A DNA stretch of 64,000 nt from Perna viridis (lineage: Eukaryota), in the NCBI GenBank assembly GCA_037379345.1, contig CM074511.1:23126001-23190000 (forward strand). The letters run 5' to 3'. This document shows, one piece after another, positions 62,701 to 64,000 of the stretch. Under the pieces are notes generated by a model. It was not told where the DNA came from. It saw only the letters and a list, made by a program, of their open reading frames with translations, and did not search any database. A program made the position numbers and the translations under genes. Numbering within the stretch: the first letter of the stretch is position 1; each line of letters begins with the position of its first letter.

Positions 62701-64000
62701 AAATTGTCAGAAACTGAATATGTTGTCAACATAGACTCATCTTAATTTTACATAGACAACACTGTACATTTTAAAGCAACTTGAGCCAATTTCCTCATAG
62801 ACCTGCTTGATTTCACAAAGACTCTGTCCATAGGTCTACTGCTAATTTCTTCCAATGTTTCAAGCGATCTTAAGAATTGGACACTACTGGTAATAATCAC
62901 TTTAAAGGATTTACATATTCATGCATTTTAAGGTAATATGGTATGCAATATTGACAATATGTAACTGGTTATACTAATCATAAGAGTTCACAACATATAA
63001 AAAGCACAAATTTAGAAAGTTATTGACCTCTGTTTATCATACAGAACATTGTCTTATATAGGGATAGCTCCTTCCATTATTGCCATTAACAATACCATAT
63101 TAAGTATCTGACATTGTAGGTATCATCTAAAACATAGCTGTCCAACATAGATCAAAATACATGTTTTATCAATATAAAATATATAAATGAGTCAATCCTA
63201 CAAGTTGATGAACTTGATGCCTCTACCATCATCAAACTACATATATATCATGTAATATCACATTAACATCATAAACTTGTAGATGAACAGAAACTAAATA
63301 AACATTTACATCCTCATAGGAAGGAATGTTTTGAGAATTAGCTACAAATGCACCAACATTACGCTTCTAACACCTACTAACAATGACTAATGACAGCTAA
63401 TGAAAAAAATCTTAAGATTGAAATATGAAGTACATCCACACTCACACACACCAAATTCTGCAAAAAAAAAAAACAGAAAAAAAAACAAAAAAAACCCATA
63501 ATTTTGATCAGATCACAAGTTCTAAACTTTTTTTTAAACTCATCCTCCCTTTCACTTTTCAAAGATAACCATCCTGCATTTATTTTAACAAGTTTTATAA
63601 TTTATTAGAGTAATGCAACACAGACATTATAACAAATGACTGACTTACATTTAGTGACAATAAAGGCTGAAAAGGCTACATTTGACTTGTATGATCTCAA
63701 ACTAATGGTATCCATTCTGACTTGTCTATAACAATGATTTTTCTCGCAATGGGAATAATGACCTATTCACATAAAAGATAAGTAAACATTACCAATCCTG
63801 CCCCCACCACCAAGAAACTAATGGAGTTTTTATGCAGCTCCCTATATATTTACTTTCCACTTTATTTCCCTGATGCTGTTCTAGAATGTTTGTCTTGTGT
63901 GATTCAGGATACAAATGAGTTATGCAATGTTGTATAGGCTAATATCTAGCTGTGTAATCTATAAATATTATCAAGGAATTGTATCTATTCAGTGCCCTGA

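Noticed and set aside
53497-64000. Promoter, first exon or a separate gene upstream of the ATG exon
   Set aside because: No convincing coding signal or promoter-like island; isolated donors (57645, near 56937, near 63647) cannot be tied to exons without transcripts.

Overview
AT-rich animal genomic DNA; the repeat content suggests a bivalve mollusc (inference). Almost the whole window is one minus-strand gene for a plasma-membrane Ca2+-transporting P-type ATPase (PMCA/ATP2B, P2B subfamily). I traced 19 phase-compatible GT-AG coding exons from the ATG at 53467 to 8432 (3333 nt, 1111 aa). Two alternative C-terminal exons (7232-7597 and 5779-5946) each complete the calmodulin-binding domain, giving 1232-aa and 1166-aa isoforms. 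Several frame-preserving microexon candidates absent from the ORF track lie at splice site A (36, 30, 24 and 9 nt), amid a strand-specific cluster of RBFOX motifs; one more (21 nt) lies at splice site C. The most unusual structure is an 11-copy 53/59-bp tandem array (49815-50423) that amplifies the exon 2 splice donor. Each unit reads acceptor-like + 12-nt 'DSSS' cassette + donor and could lengthen the TM1-TM2 extracellular loop. Introns also carry several MITE families, a Penelope-like retroelement 3' end and SINE tails. No promoter or first exon could be identified. All splice calls are read by eye from sequence only, with no transcript evidence.
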